64,000 nt of DNA from Convolutriloba macropyga (taxonomy: Eukaryota): NCBI RefSeq assembly GCF_964194025.1, contig NC_134473.1:65782001-65846000 (forward strand), in the 5' to 3' direction. Position numbers and translations under genes: made by a program. Below are positions 14,091 through 24,636 of the stretch, in pieces (position 1 is the first letter of the stretch; every line of letters begins with the position of its first letter). Under the pieces are notes generated by a model. The model ran no database searches. It worked only from the letters and a program-made list of their open reading frames with translations, and had not been told where the DNA came from.

Positions 14091-14786
14091 AAATTATGTA
14101 TATCTCAGAATTCATTCTGTTTGACGAGGAACGTTCAAGATTAATGGGAAAATTTTATCGAAAGACAAATACCAAAATTTAAAATCTAACAAGAATACTT
14201 TTTGCAATGGATCTGAAATCTTAAAAAAATGTGCGTGCAGGTTTTACTCGATGCGATTATCATAGATCATTCTCGGCTGCTGTACCGGTTGTGAAAAATT
14301 GATTTTGAAGAAATCTGATTGAGATATCATCCTGATAATACATATATCAGAATAACGGGAATAAGCTGCTATTAATCATGCCTGATGGATTTCCGGAATC
14401 TCAGATTCTTAATGTGTGTATCATGATCTCTTCATAATAAAATCTGATTGGTTGAATTCGCCCAAAAGAAAACAGATGTTTATTTGGAATTGAATGTTGG
14501 AGCAGAAAAGGGATAGTTTTTTTATCGTACCCAAGGACCATGAATATATTTTGTCCAAAATAAACCCGATAACTCTAATGACCAAGTATTTTTAAAGATA
14601 TACTAAAATTCGTAAGAATAGAAAAAAGTTGCATAATGAGCAAACTAAAGCTTTTGTACTTTGGATCAACCGCTTGAAAGGTTTTTGGGGCTGATGAGCA
14701 TCGCCTACCTTAAGTGGGTGTAAGCGTATCAATTATTGATAGTAGGCATTTATTGTAAAAATCTTCTTAATGGTAATTATGTCAAG

Positions 14787-14951
14787 GTTCTCTGGAGTAC
14801 CAGACGCAAATTCTGGAGCAGAGCTCAACAGGAGAGTCCGAAGAGATCTCAGATGAGAGGCTTCAGAGTGTGTTCAAACTTCTTAGTCAACTCATTCCAC
14901 AAATGGGAGTTCACAAACAGCTGTTTCAGCTGATATACTCTGAGCTCTACA
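14787..14951 (+). CDS. Internal exon of an unidentified coiled-coil host gene
   Basis: aag|G acceptor and A|gtaagt donor; 165 nt, phase 1-1. Open frame SLEYQTQILEQSSTGESEEISDERLQSVFKLLSQLIPQMGVHKQLFQLIYSELY. Confidence 0.6.
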
Positions 14952-16148
14952 GTAAGTAGTGAACGCAGCAAAGTAAGCCGGAGTAGAAGTAAGCCGACAT
15001 ACAAACCAGCCGAATGATATGTAATACTTATCTTTCATAAGTAATACGTTAATCAGGACAGAGCATATTTGAATTTTTAAAATTTATTCAAGTGCGGCAA
15101 TGGAACAAAATACATGTATTTTTAAGACATCTGGTGGTCGTGAACCCCAGCCGACCGCGTTCCATGGCCGTGCCTATCATCCGCTATGAGATGTAATCTG
15201 GAAACTCGGGATTGTTGTCGCGACTGAGCGCGCCCGGCTGCCCACGGTGACAATTTATAATAAAGCTAATAAATTTTTAGTTTTACCTAGCTGGCCTTTT
15301 TTAAAATTCGACTTCCTTACCTGTCGTCTTGTTTGACCGCCACCACAGTAAGCTCTTTTTCAGTTCTTTTGTATTTTATAAATAGGATTTCACATTTATT
15401 CAATATGATTTCCTTTGTGAACTTTGTTAACCAATTTTAGAGATTTCATCAGCGGAATAAATGAACATTTATGTTCTTATAAAAACGACAGGAGGGAATT
15501 TGTAATCATTTCCATTTTCAACTTTGACTGTGGCATCTCTTAAAATTTTGTAAACTTAATTTGAGAATTACATTTAGCCTATTTTCAGTTGAGAATGCAT
15601 TGAAACAACAAAATAAAGGTAGATATCACCAATAAAGGTAGATTTTCATGGAAAAATTATTCATAATATTATCCAAAAAAAAACAGGATATTACTTTGTT
15701 TGATGAAATTTATCTCTCAATATGTAAAATTTTGTCAAATATGAAGTTTTTTGTTCAATTACAGTCGAGATGAAGCATGCGACTTGAAATGTCTACTTAG
15801 GAGACATGAAATGTTTTTGAGATTTTACTCACGAATGTTGAATAAATATGATTTTCATATGTATACAATATGTTTGTACTTTTCTTAACTTCGATTGAGT
15901 TTAACTTTTCTCTGTCCTGATAAATAAAGTTCTGAAAGAGGTTATCAAGTAATGGAAATCTCAATGGTTTACACAATTACTCATTTGAATCCCAGACTGC
16001 ATTTTCTTTGGTTTTGTGGGTCACTGGATGGAGGTACACCTGGATTTTTTGAGGGGTTAACTAATCTTGATCGCCAAGTGCTACTGAAAAGTTTCTGGTC
16101 GAAAAACAGTGAATGAGTAATAATTGTCCGAAAATTTTTATTGACAAT

Positions 16149-17060
16149 AGTAGTAATAGTTAAGCAGATCAGGGGGGGGGGGGGTAAAAGGAAGTACCTA
16201 TGTATTAAGATTAGGTATAGCCCATTTTCGCTCAAATTCCAAAGATGTACCTCACAGCTTGATACCCACGCTGTTCACACGAGGGGGATTAGCAAGTTAA
16301 TCCCTTAATATTAAATTAGTAAGGCTTACTCATTCCCATATTGCACTTTAATAATGTAAATTTCCAAAGACGTACCTCACAGCATGATACCCAAGCTGTT
16401 CTCTCAAAGGGGATTAGTTAGGTAATGTTTTAATATTAAATTAGATAGGGTGACTCATTTACACTTACGTACGGTTTAAGTGATTTTCAAAAGTGTACCT
16501 CACAGCATGATACCCAAGCTGTTCACACGAAGGGGATTAGCAAGACAGTGCCTTAACAACAAATTAGTAAGGACATTGACCCCTACCATATTACAAATTA
16601 CTAATGTCAATTTCTAAAGATGCACCTCACAGCATGATACCCAAGCTGTTCACACGAAGGGGGATTAGCTAGGTAATGTTTTAATATTAAATTAGATAAG
16701 ATGACTCATTTACACTATGTACAGCTTACGTGATTTTCAAAAATGTACCTCACAGCATGATACCCAAGCTGTTCACACGAAAGGGATTAGCAAGATAATC
16801 CTTTAATAATAAATTAGGATGACTCATTTACAGTTACGTACGACTTTTCAAAAATGCACCTCACAGCATGACACCAAGCTGTTCACACAAAGGGGGATTA
16901 GCTAGGTAATGTTTTAATATTAAAATAGATAGGATGACTCATATACACTTATGTACAGCTTACGTGATTTTCAAAAATGTACCTCACAGTATGATACCCA
17001 AGCTATTCACACTAAAGGGATTAGCAAGATAGTGTCTTAACAACAAACTAATAAGGTCAT
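16149..17060 (+). repeat. Left TIR with 7 copies of a ~46-bp core at ~110-128 bp period
   Basis: Core gtacctcacagcatgatacccaagctgttcacacgaaggggattagc at ~16247, 16372, 16495, 16622, 16745, 16856 and 16979. Confidence 0.93.
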
Positions 17061-17362
17061 TTACCCACCCATTCCCATATTAACAAAAAAGTACAATTTT
17101 TTATTTTTGATTTTTACAGATTTTTTTACAATTTTTTAAATCAATTTTTTGTTTAAAGTAGTGTTTCACTGTATCGTTTCAAACTGAAGTTCCAATTTTC
17201 CGATTTCAGAAAAAGTTGTATTATTGTTTTGAAAATGTCTATTTCTTATTTTTTTGTAGCCAATCACATAATCTGTCAGATCTGATTTTGGAATGTTGAT
17301 GCTGAAAAACATTTACGATTCATTTTGTCTTTTTTCTTGGTTGAACATAAGTAGCCTAAAAA

Positions 17363-17944
17363 ATGCAAAATACTCCAATTCTTCCTTTACTTCCTTCAAC
17401 ATCTTTTCTTTCTACTTTTCATTCAGATTTAGATTACGCTCCTATCACGGAAGCATCAATATTTAAAACGGTAGTAACCGATAACAATTTGGAATTATCT
17501 TTTGAGGTGGATTGCACTAGAGTAACAATTAAAACTCAGACAACTAGCTTGACACTTCCGAAGGATTTGTGGAGAACTTTAGAGGCAGCTAGACATCATA
17601 ACCTCCACCTAGCCGAAGAAAAAGTCAACAATTCACTGCTTTATCTCCAAACTTATTTTCAAACCATTGAAAGAATTCGAAAAGAACAAGGGTTTCACCC
17701 GTTGAAAGACAGCAAAGGAATTATGTTCCCGTACTCTCGTGACATAAATCACTACGGTGTTTGGTGGGTAGAAGACATGTTCTCCAAGCATGCGGACTCA
17801 TTTTCTAAAAAACCAGAAGCCTTCAATCTGCCTGATTTCAAAGACCTTATTCTTCCTCCGATCCAGGAAACTGACAATGAAGAGACTCAATCATCTCATC
17901 AAAATATTCCTTTCTCGAACTATAGGTGTTCTCCAATAGAATAG
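17363..17944 (+). CDS. Polinton accessory ORF, 193 aa, unknown function (possible PC4-like segment)
   Basis: Intact ATG-to-TAG ORF just inside the left TIR. The segment TRVTIKTQTTSLTLPKDLWRTLE resembles a PC4 strand-helix motif. Confidence 0.65.
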   Translation: MQNTPILPLLPSTSFLSTFHSDLDYAPITEASIFKTVVTDNNLELSFEVDCTRVTIKTQTTSLTLPKDLWRTLEAARHHNLHLAEEKVNNSLLYLQTYFQTIERIRKEQGFHPLKDSKGIMFPYSRDINHYGVWWVEDMFSKHADSFSKKPEAFNLPDFKDLILPPIQETDNEETQSSHQNIPFSNYRCSPIE

Positions 17945-18284
17945 TGAGATAACTCGCTTTTGTTCGATGCTAAATTAACCCTCACGTGACTAAATATAGA
18001 AAACTCATCTTTGGCATCACGTGATGTTACTAAAAATAGAAGTGACATAACTATTACGTCATGACGCACGCTCTATTTTCATTGGTTACGAATTATTTTA
18101 TAACATCTCATTGGATACGAAGTTTATTTTTCGCTACTGTTCTCGTTCTTACTTAAATTTCATTGGTTCAAGATATCAAGCCCTTTCTTGAAGACAATTC
18201 ATTCATTTGTTTCTTTCCACTCCAATTTTCAGTTACCCTTGTATACTCAACTTTTCTACTTTAAAAACTCATTTTTACTTTCTG

Positions 18285-19024
18285 ATGGATCAAAGCTCTG
18301 TCTCTCCTAACTCCAAAAAACCATTCTACTTTCCCATCCGCAAACGAGATTACAGTTGTTCCCTCTCCACAGTTTGATTACCACAATGAGAGCATGTTTT
18401 CTCTATTTAAAGACATGAACGATAAAAAAGACAACACCGACTCAAAACCAAATGAGGAGCACCAAATGGAAGAAACAACTGTTGGTCCTTTCAAGAATAC
18501 GGTAACCGGAAGTTTCAAATCAGCATCCCAGAGGAAACAATCAACACAAACTCTAACTGGACTCACTTGAAAGTATTTCGCGAAAATGTGGAAAGTGAAT
18601 ATGTTTGCATCAATTTCTGATGCTATCGGCCAGAGAATTGAAGCTTGTTATTGAAAAGATACCTGAGATGATAAAAGAAGCACTACTGTTCGAACCTACT
18701 GTAGGTACTGCGAAGCTGGTGATTGACGAAACTGTGTTCCAACCAACTGATGTTGAGGAAAAAGCAAAATTTGATGTGTTCTGGGAGGTGAGTGAGACTG
18801 CTCGACGGAAGGTGTGTGTGACTAGAATATTTTTCCAAGATGATCCGAATCGATGTTATTACACAATCAAGCTGTTCACACGAGGGACTGAAAAGGACAG
18901 TTTTAGAAGGAAATGCTTTCTTTCGGTCAGAGTTGGCGAGATGGAGAAACTACACAGAATGAGCGATGAAATTATTTCAGTGCTGAACAAAGTCAAAAAC
19001 CAAAAAAGAGCGCAAAGTGCATAA
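18285..19024 (+). pseudogene. Frameshifted Polinton ORF with two putative PC4-like ssDNA-binding repeats
   Basis: Joined across frames: RKFQISIPEETINTNSNWTHLKVFRENVESEYV/LHQFLMLSARELKLVIEKIPEMI, and in 18605-19024 RRKVCVTRIFF...YYTIKLFTRGTEKDSFRRKCFLSVRVGEMEKLHRMSDEI. Both show a beta-beta-beta-helix pattern. Confidence 0.5.
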
Positions 19025-19111
19025 AAGTTATTGAAAATTTTTATATTGTATGTTGTGATGTTTGTCTTTAATCACTTTTTAAAATTTAATGTTCCAGTAC
19101 AGTTGATTGAT

Positions 19112-19508
19112 ATGAACATTGAGGAAATTGTAGCGTTGGAGAAAGAAATCAGTAAACTTTGTTGGAAATACAAAACGCAAAAATTATTTTTTGGCTGTCT
19201 GTCGAAGCTTGAACAAAAATGTAGATCTGGATAAAATCAACAGAGAAGCTCCGTTTGGGGGACTAATAGGAGTTGTTGACTCAAAGTTAGAAAAACTTCT
19301 CAATTGGTCAAAAATTTTTCGATTACATGCTACATTTCATGATGCCGCAGGATACCTGAAAACAAATCTAAATATCGGCCCTGGATATTGTTACATGGTT
19401 CCATTTTTTAATTCTATATAGAATTTTTGTTTCTTGGGACATATAACAGGTCTTGCATATTGTTGTTTTTTGAAGATGTCACCACGATTCCAATTTATCA
19501 AAGTGTGA
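19112..19508 (+). pseudogene. Polinton ORF with a PLA2-like HxxxHD motif (one frameshift, one premature TAG)
   Basis: MNIEEIVALEKE.../...APFGGLIG...FRLHATFHDAAGYLK...GPGYCYMVPFFNSI*NFCFLGHITGLAYCCFLK. Frameshift near the T-run at ~19190; TAG at 19419-19421. Confidence 0.5.
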
Positions 19509-19550
19509 ATCATTATTTCCTAAAGACGAACAAAAATCAGTTGCTCTCTA

Positions 19551-19805
19551 ATGACAGATCATCTCAATCACGCATCTGACTTTATTTTTGATAATAACAA
19601 TCAAGAAAGACCTCCTTAGAAAATCTGTGGTCGCACTTGCTCTCGAACAGCTTTTTTGTCAATATTTCAGTGCTTAGTTGTATTAGTACTGCTTCTGTTT
19701 TCAATTATTAATCTTATTTTTGCTAGAACTTGTGACGAACGAACAGTTTGGATTGCTATTCTTTCAAGTGCCGTTGGTTATATACTTCCTAATCCCAGAA
19801 AATAA
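19551..19805 (+). pseudogene. Small two-TM Polinton membrane protein (premature TAG at 19617), absent from the ORF track
   Basis: MTDHLNHASDFIFDNNNQERPP*KICGRTCSRTAFLSIFQCLVVLVLLLFSIINLIFARTCDERTVWIAILSSAVGYILPNPRK. The GY(I/L)LPxP C-terminus is one I recognise from small Maverick proteins. Ends 1 nt before the ATPase ATG. Confidence 0.65.
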
Positions 19806-19806
19806 A

Positions 19807-20547
19807 ATGAACAAAATCATTTCAACAAACGAACGAATTTTGATGTATCTTGTTGGTCCTTCCGGATCTGGAAAAACTGTTTTTATCAATGATATGCTAC
19901 GAATGAAAACTTTTCAACCATCATTTGATCGAATTTTATACTTTTATAAGCACTTTCAGTCAATTTACGAGACAATGATGCAATCAATTGCAGACATAGA
20001 ATTCATTCAGGGAGTTGACTTTGATTTAATCGATAACTTACCCGCTGACGGCACTAAATATTTACTTATATTCGATGATTCATTGGACATTCTTTCCAAG
20101 TCGGAAAAATTCAACGGAATTGCGACAGCCGGTAGACATCGAAACCTAAATTGTGTATATATCACGCATAATCTCTTCCACAAAAATAAAACTGGACGTG
20201 ATGCCGAGCTGCAGACTACTCACATTGTTTTGTTCAAATCACCGAGAGATGTGCAGCAGATTGATATCTTGGGGAGACAGCTAGGACTCGGAAGACAACT
20301 AAAACAGTGGTATGATGATGCAACAGAAGAGCCATATGGTCATCTTATGATTGATTTGAGACCATCTACACCTGATTTGTTGAGATACTGTTCAAATGTA
20401 ACATCATTTCCCTCAGAATTCTTTGTACCGAACAGTCGTGCTCGTATTACTGATATTAATGATAAACGCACAGAACTTTTATACTCTGCAGCTCTTTCGC
20501 AATCTCAGCAAGAAATTTCAACCAGCTTTCCTTCTAAATTGTCCTAA
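19807..20547 (+). CDS. ATP: A32/FtsK-like genome-packaging ATPase
   Basis: Walker A GPSGSGKT, Walker B LLIFDD, AGRHRN arginine finger, QIDILGRQL. Likely ATG at 19807. Confidence 0.95.
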   Translation: MNKIISTNERILMYLVGPSGSGKTVFINDMLRMKTFQPSFDRILYFYKHFQSIYETMMQSIADIEFIQGVDFDLIDNLPADGTKYLLIFDDSLDILSKSEKFNGIATAGRHRNLNCVYITHNLFHKNKTGRDAELQTTHIVLFKSPRDVQQIDILGRQLGLGRQLKQWYDDATEEPYGHLMIDLRPSTPDLLRYCSNVTSFPSEFFVPNSRARITDINDKRTELLYSAALSQSQQEISTSFPSKLS

Positions 20548-20779
20548 AGAGTTCATCAGATTTCTCTGTGAGTGTATTGTAAACTTGATTGAAGGAAACC
20601 TCACAGGAGTAAGAAAAAATCAGTTTGTTCGCTTCCAAAAACAACTTAGGAAGCTCACCTCAAAATCAACAACCCTCAATTCCAGAAGACTTATATTGGA
20701 CTCGAAAGCTGGAATAACAATATTAAATTACATATATCAACCTTGTATGAACAAATTTTCAAATTTCTTCAATGAGTGA
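20459..20779 (+). CDS. Small basic Polinton protein overlapping the ATPase 3' end
   Basis: IRFLCECIVNLIEGNL motif of a type seen in Maverick small ORFs; overlapping virus-like gene packing. Confidence 0.7.
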   Translation: MINAQNFYTLQLFRNLSKKFQPAFLLNCPKEFIRFLCECIVNLIEGNLTGVRKNQFVRFQKQLRKLTSKSTTLNSRRLILDSKAGITILNYIYQPCMNKFSNFFNE

Positions 20780-21242
20780 GGTCAAAAAGTTTGTTCTTGT
20801 TCCAAAAGAACTGTGGGAGACCAGAAAAAGGAAATTACCGGAACCCTACAGCGAGATCTATAAAAAAGAAGAAATAGTTTTCCCAGTTATCAAAAAAGCG
20901 AAAGAAGAAGTTGATTCCGAAAAAACCGAGCGTCCACCTAAAGAACTTAAGACAGACCTGGAATTTCACTATAAGAACTATCCTGAGACATTGAAAACTT
21001 TGAAAGAGATTTACGAAAACAAACGGTTAAAAATTTCACTTTCCAATACAATTATTGTTGACAACGTTGACACAGGAGTTGATATAAAAACATTCCTTCA
21101 TTCAATTAAATTGAAGAACGCTCCAGTTGATCCAAACTATTTCCTTATTCTTAAAGTTCTAAATCTGAGACCACATCTGGTTAAAAACATCATTTTGAGG
21201 ACACAGTATGGCTCAGACTGGTTCAATTACAGTTTCAGATAG
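20772..21242 (+). CDS. Polinton ORF, 156 aa, unknown function
   Basis: Intact ORF (MSEVKKFVLVPKE...) overlapping both neighbours, immediately upstream of the integrase. Confidence 0.7.
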   Translation: MSEVKKFVLVPKELWETRKRKLPEPYSEIYKKEEIVFPVIKKAKEEVDSEKTERPPKELKTDLEFHYKNYPETLKTLKEIYENKRLKISLSNTIIVDNVDTGVDIKTFLHSIKLKNAPVDPNYFLILKVLNLRPHLVKNIILRTQYGSDWFNYSFR

Positions 21243-22152
21243 AATCAAATTGCAGAAGTTGTATAAAGGGAAGGGACCAACAGCTTTCGGTTCTATCAAT
21301 AACCTAACAAAATCAAGTGGAATCAGTCGCGAGAGAGTTACCGAATTTTTACAGTCAAAAGACTCTTATACAAAGTACAAAGGAATCAGACGAAAATTTC
21401 CCCGGCTAAATGCGCATGCTCGCTATATTGATGAGATTTGGTGCTTGGATCTTGCACAAATGGATAGACTATCACAATGGAACCGAGGTATCAACTTTTT
21501 ACTCGTTACTGTCGATGTTTTTTCTCGATTCTTGCGAGTAGAAGCATTACGAAGCAAAGGAGCAGAGGGTGTGAAAGCAGCTTTTATCAAAATGTGTTCG
21601 AAAAAGAACGAACTCAATTTCCCAAAAAAGTTATGGCTAGATCAAGGAAAAGAGTTTTTTGGAGATATGGCCAATTTCTGCGAGGATGTGGGAGTCAAAT
21701 ATTATCACACTTATAGTGAAACAAAAGTAGCTTTTGGCGAGAGAGCTATACGAACCCTGAAAAACTTAATTTACCGCTACCTGGAGGAAAAGGACACATT
21801 ATCTTACATCAAAGACCTGCAAATGTTTGTTGACATCATCAACTCTAGAATAAATCGAAGTATTGGTTTGGCACCCAAAAATGTAGTCAATGCTGACTTT
21901 TTGACTGTCATGTACAAGCGGATGAAACTACGAAAAAACAAGAAGCCTAATTTTAAAGTAGGTGATAAAGTTCGGTTGGTATTAGTAGGGCACAATTTTC
22001 AAAAAGGATATAAGCCTCACTATACACATGAAATTTTCCTAATTCGAAAAATAATTACTTTGGCTCCTTTCCCGACTTACTTTGTTGTTGATCAGAAAGG
22101 AGAAAACATTGATGGAATCTTTTACGAGCAAGAATTGTCAAAAGTTAAGTAA
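21208..22152 (+). CDS. INT: Retroviral-like (rve) DDE integrase
   Basis: WCLDLAQM (D), VDVFSRF, LWLDQGKEF (D), GERAIRTLK (E); C-terminal FKVGDKVR...FQKGYKPHYTHEIF. Consistent with the 6-bp TSD. Confidence 0.96.
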   Translation: MAQTGSITVSDRIKLQKLYKGKGPTAFGSINNLTKSSGISRERVTEFLQSKDSYTKYKGIRRKFPRLNAHARYIDEIWCLDLAQMDRLSQWNRGINFLLVTVDVFSRFLRVEALRSKGAEGVKAAFIKMCSKKNELNFPKKLWLDQGKEFFGDMANFCEDVGVKYYHTYSETKVAFGERAIRTLKNLIYRYLEEKDTLSYIKDLQMFVDIINSRINRSIGLAPKNVVNADFLTVMYKRMKLRKNKKPNFKVGDKVRLVLVGHNFQKGYKPHYTHEIFLIRKIITLAPFPTYFVVDQKGENIDGIFYEQELSKVK

Positions 22153-22179
22153 TCATTTTTCAATTAGTCGCGCTAGAAA

Positions 22180-22519
22180 ATGGACGGTTACAATCTGCCT
22201 TATTTTAAAGGAGTTCCTCGTCAGAGAGGGCGTGGCTTTGGAGCCTTGGCTAGAACAGTCGCTAGAACAACTCTCCCAATTCTCAAGAAATACGTTTTAC
22301 CTGCAGCAAAAAAAAATTGGACGAGATGTAATCGAGTCAGCTATTCCCGAAATTGGAGGTGTTTTATCAGGACAGACTTCAATTAAAAAAGCAGTAAAGA
22401 AGACTGCGAAATCAACAATACGAAAACAAGTTGGTGGTGGTATGAAAAAGAGGAAAAACACGAGACAAAGTATCGTTCGGCAAAAAATTCGGAAAGACTT
22501 TCTGAAGAACCTTGACTAA
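22180..22519 (+). pseudogene. Basic virion core (pVII-like) protein, frameshifted in an A9 run
   Basis: MDGYNLPYFKGVPRQRGRGFGALARTVARTTLPILKKYVLPAAKK/IGRDVIESAIPEIGG...QVGGGMKKRK. Gly-rich candidate cleavage motifs QRGRG and QVGGG. Confidence 0.75.
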
Positions 22520-22560
22520 TCATTTTCCCAAACAAACGTCACAGAGTACAGTCAAACATC

Positions 22561-23357
22561 ATGAATTCGTTTTATCTTGAATTAGTATCCAACGCTTCCT
22601 CTCAAGTTTATCCTCAAAATACAATGGCTTCATTCACTAATTTTCTTCCCGACAAAATTGAACTGGATGGATCTTGGGAAGTAGCTTTAGTCGAAGTATC
22701 ATATCCCGGTATATGTTATAACGTTGAAGGAGGATTGATGACCGTTCACTATGATGAGAAATTTAAGCATGTCTTTGCCATTCCACCAGCAGTTTTTAAC
22801 TCTATGGATGAATTTGTAAAGAGTCTTACAGATATTCCCAAAAAAGCACGACATCCCAAAAACTTAGATCCTCAATTTTCCATCAACATCGACAAAAAAA
22901 GTCGAAGACTAACTTTTTGCAATAGAGAATCTCAAAATGTATCATTCAGCAAAAGTTTGGCTGCTAACTTGGGCGTTGAAGCTGACAAACCTGTTATGCC
23001 TTATTCGAAAAGATCATACAACACCAAGTCCTGGGCAACGGCAGATCTCCCTTTTGATATTACTGGAACACATACAGTTTTACTCTACTTGGATATAGTT
23101 GAACCCAATTCAGTTGGTGATGTGAAATGTCCTCTTCTACGCTCCTTTCCATTCAAACACCGAGAGTTCCATAATGATGAGATTTTTAAGAGATCGCAGG
23201 TTCTGAGTTATCACAGTTTCGAACACTTGAGATTCCATAAAGTAATCAAATTGAACTTCCACAGTATCCATGTAGAATTAAGAAACGCTGCTGGACAGCT
23301 TGTTCCCTTCTTCCCTATTGGTCAAGTTCAACTTTATTATTCCAGAAAGAAACTTGA
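22561..23357 (+). CDS. PX: Minor capsid protein (penton, single jelly-roll); reads through into the MCP in this copy
   Basis: FYLELVSNASSQVYPQNTMASFTNFLPDKIELDGSWEVALVEVSYP N-terminus; YLDIVEPNSVGDVKCPLLR; IHVELRNAAGQLVPF. Confidence 0.88.
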
Positions 23358-23397
23358 TCATATCCTCAATTATCATTATAAAAAACGGTCGGCTAAA

Positions 23398-24636
23398 ATG
23401 AATTCCTTGTCTCACTCTATGCTCGACTTTTTTGGGAAAGTTCCAATTTTAGACCCAATTCTTTGGTCCAATGAACAACAAATATTTCCAGCAAATTCCT
23501 TAAACGAATCAACAATCGAATTTCAATTGGAAACTGATCGTAATATTTTCACTGACTTGCGATCTACTCGATTATTCATCAGAGGAAGGGTTATTAAAGG
23601 CGATCGAACACGTTTGGATAATGCCGAAGAAACATTATTGGTAAACAATGCTCTTCATTCACTTTTCTCTAATTGCGAAGTCTATCTAAACAATGAACAA
23701 GTTCACAGTGCCAATTCTCTTTATGCTCACCAAGCTTTTGTCTCTGCTGAATTTTCAGGAACAAAAGGAACCAAGGAGAGCTTATCCCAATGCCAAGGAT
23801 ATCGATACGAGATTGAGCCGAACGATTTTACAAAAAGAGCATTTACAGATACTGTTTTTCAAAAAGATAAAGATGAATTTACTTTTTACGGTCCGTTGGC
23901 AATAGGACTATTTGCTTGTGAAACTTTACTTCTCCCAAATGTCAACCTCAGACTGAAATTGATCCGATCGTCTCCAGCGTTCTATATGATCGATACTGGT
24001 GGGCTGAACTCTGAGGCTATAATTTTGGAAGCTTGCCTTTTTACTAGACAGGTAGCGATCTCAGATAACTGGATGAGAAGTTTCAAAAGCAGACTGCTTC
24101 GAGAACCTGCCATATTTTACTATAATGAAGAACTTCCAAAGACGTTTATTATTCCCGCTGGACAGAACCAGTTTATACAAGAAAATATATTTTCAAACAA
24201 ACCAATTCGAATGATTGATATTGCTATGAATCTGAATAATGAGTTCAGTGGAACATACAACACGAATCCGTTCCATTTTCGTAAATTTGGTCTTCGACAA
24301 GTTAAAATTGTGCGTGGGAATCAAACTATTGTAAACTTGAAAACAGAAAATCACGTGAGAGCTTATGCTGAAACAATGAAAGCACTCAAATTTGATGATG
24401 ACGGTCCTAACATTCAATACAAGGATTTTGAAAATCATTTTCATTTATTTTTCGATCTCACTTCAACACAGGAGGCCAATGTCGAAATGCATTTTCCTGA
24501 TGTAGTTGGAGCAGGAATTCGTTTGGAGCTCTACTTTGCTAACAATTTGACCAATACTGTAGAATTATTTGTTAGTGGTGAACGCATAAGTTCAATTGCA
24601 ATTGATAAGGAGGGATCAGTCACCAAAAATGGATAA
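23398..24636 (+). CDS. PY: Major capsid protein (hexon, double jelly-roll)
   Basis: Own ATG at 23398. IEFQLETDRNIFTDLRSTRLFIRG, VNNALHSLFSNCEVYLN, NPFHFRKFGL, FFDLT and IRLELYF motifs. Confidence 0.92.
   Translation: MNSLSHSMLDFFGKVPILDPILWSNEQQIFPANSLNESTIEFQLETDRNIFTDLRSTRLFIRGRVIKGDRTRLDNAEETLLVNNALHSLFSNCEVYLNNEQVHSANSLYAHQAFVSAEFSGTKGTKESLSQCQGYRYEIEPNDFTKRAFTDTVFQKDKDEFTFYGPLAIGLFACETLLLPNVNLRLKLIRSSPAFYMIDTGGLNSEAIILEACLFTRQVAISDNWMRSFKSRLLREPAIFYYNEELPKTFIIPAGQNQFIQENIFSNKPIRMIDIAMNLNNEFSGTYNTNPFHFRKFGLRQVKIVRGNQTIVNLKTENHVRAYAETMKALKFDDDGPNIQYKDFENHFHLFFDLTSTQEANVEMHFPDVVGAGIRLELYFANNLTNTVELFVSGERISSIAIDKEGSVTKNG

Noticed and set aside
16240-17030. CRISPR-like repeat-spacer array
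   Set aside because: The spacers are related to one another and mirrored in the right TIR, there are no cas genes, and the context is eukaryotic. These are Polinton TIR repeats.
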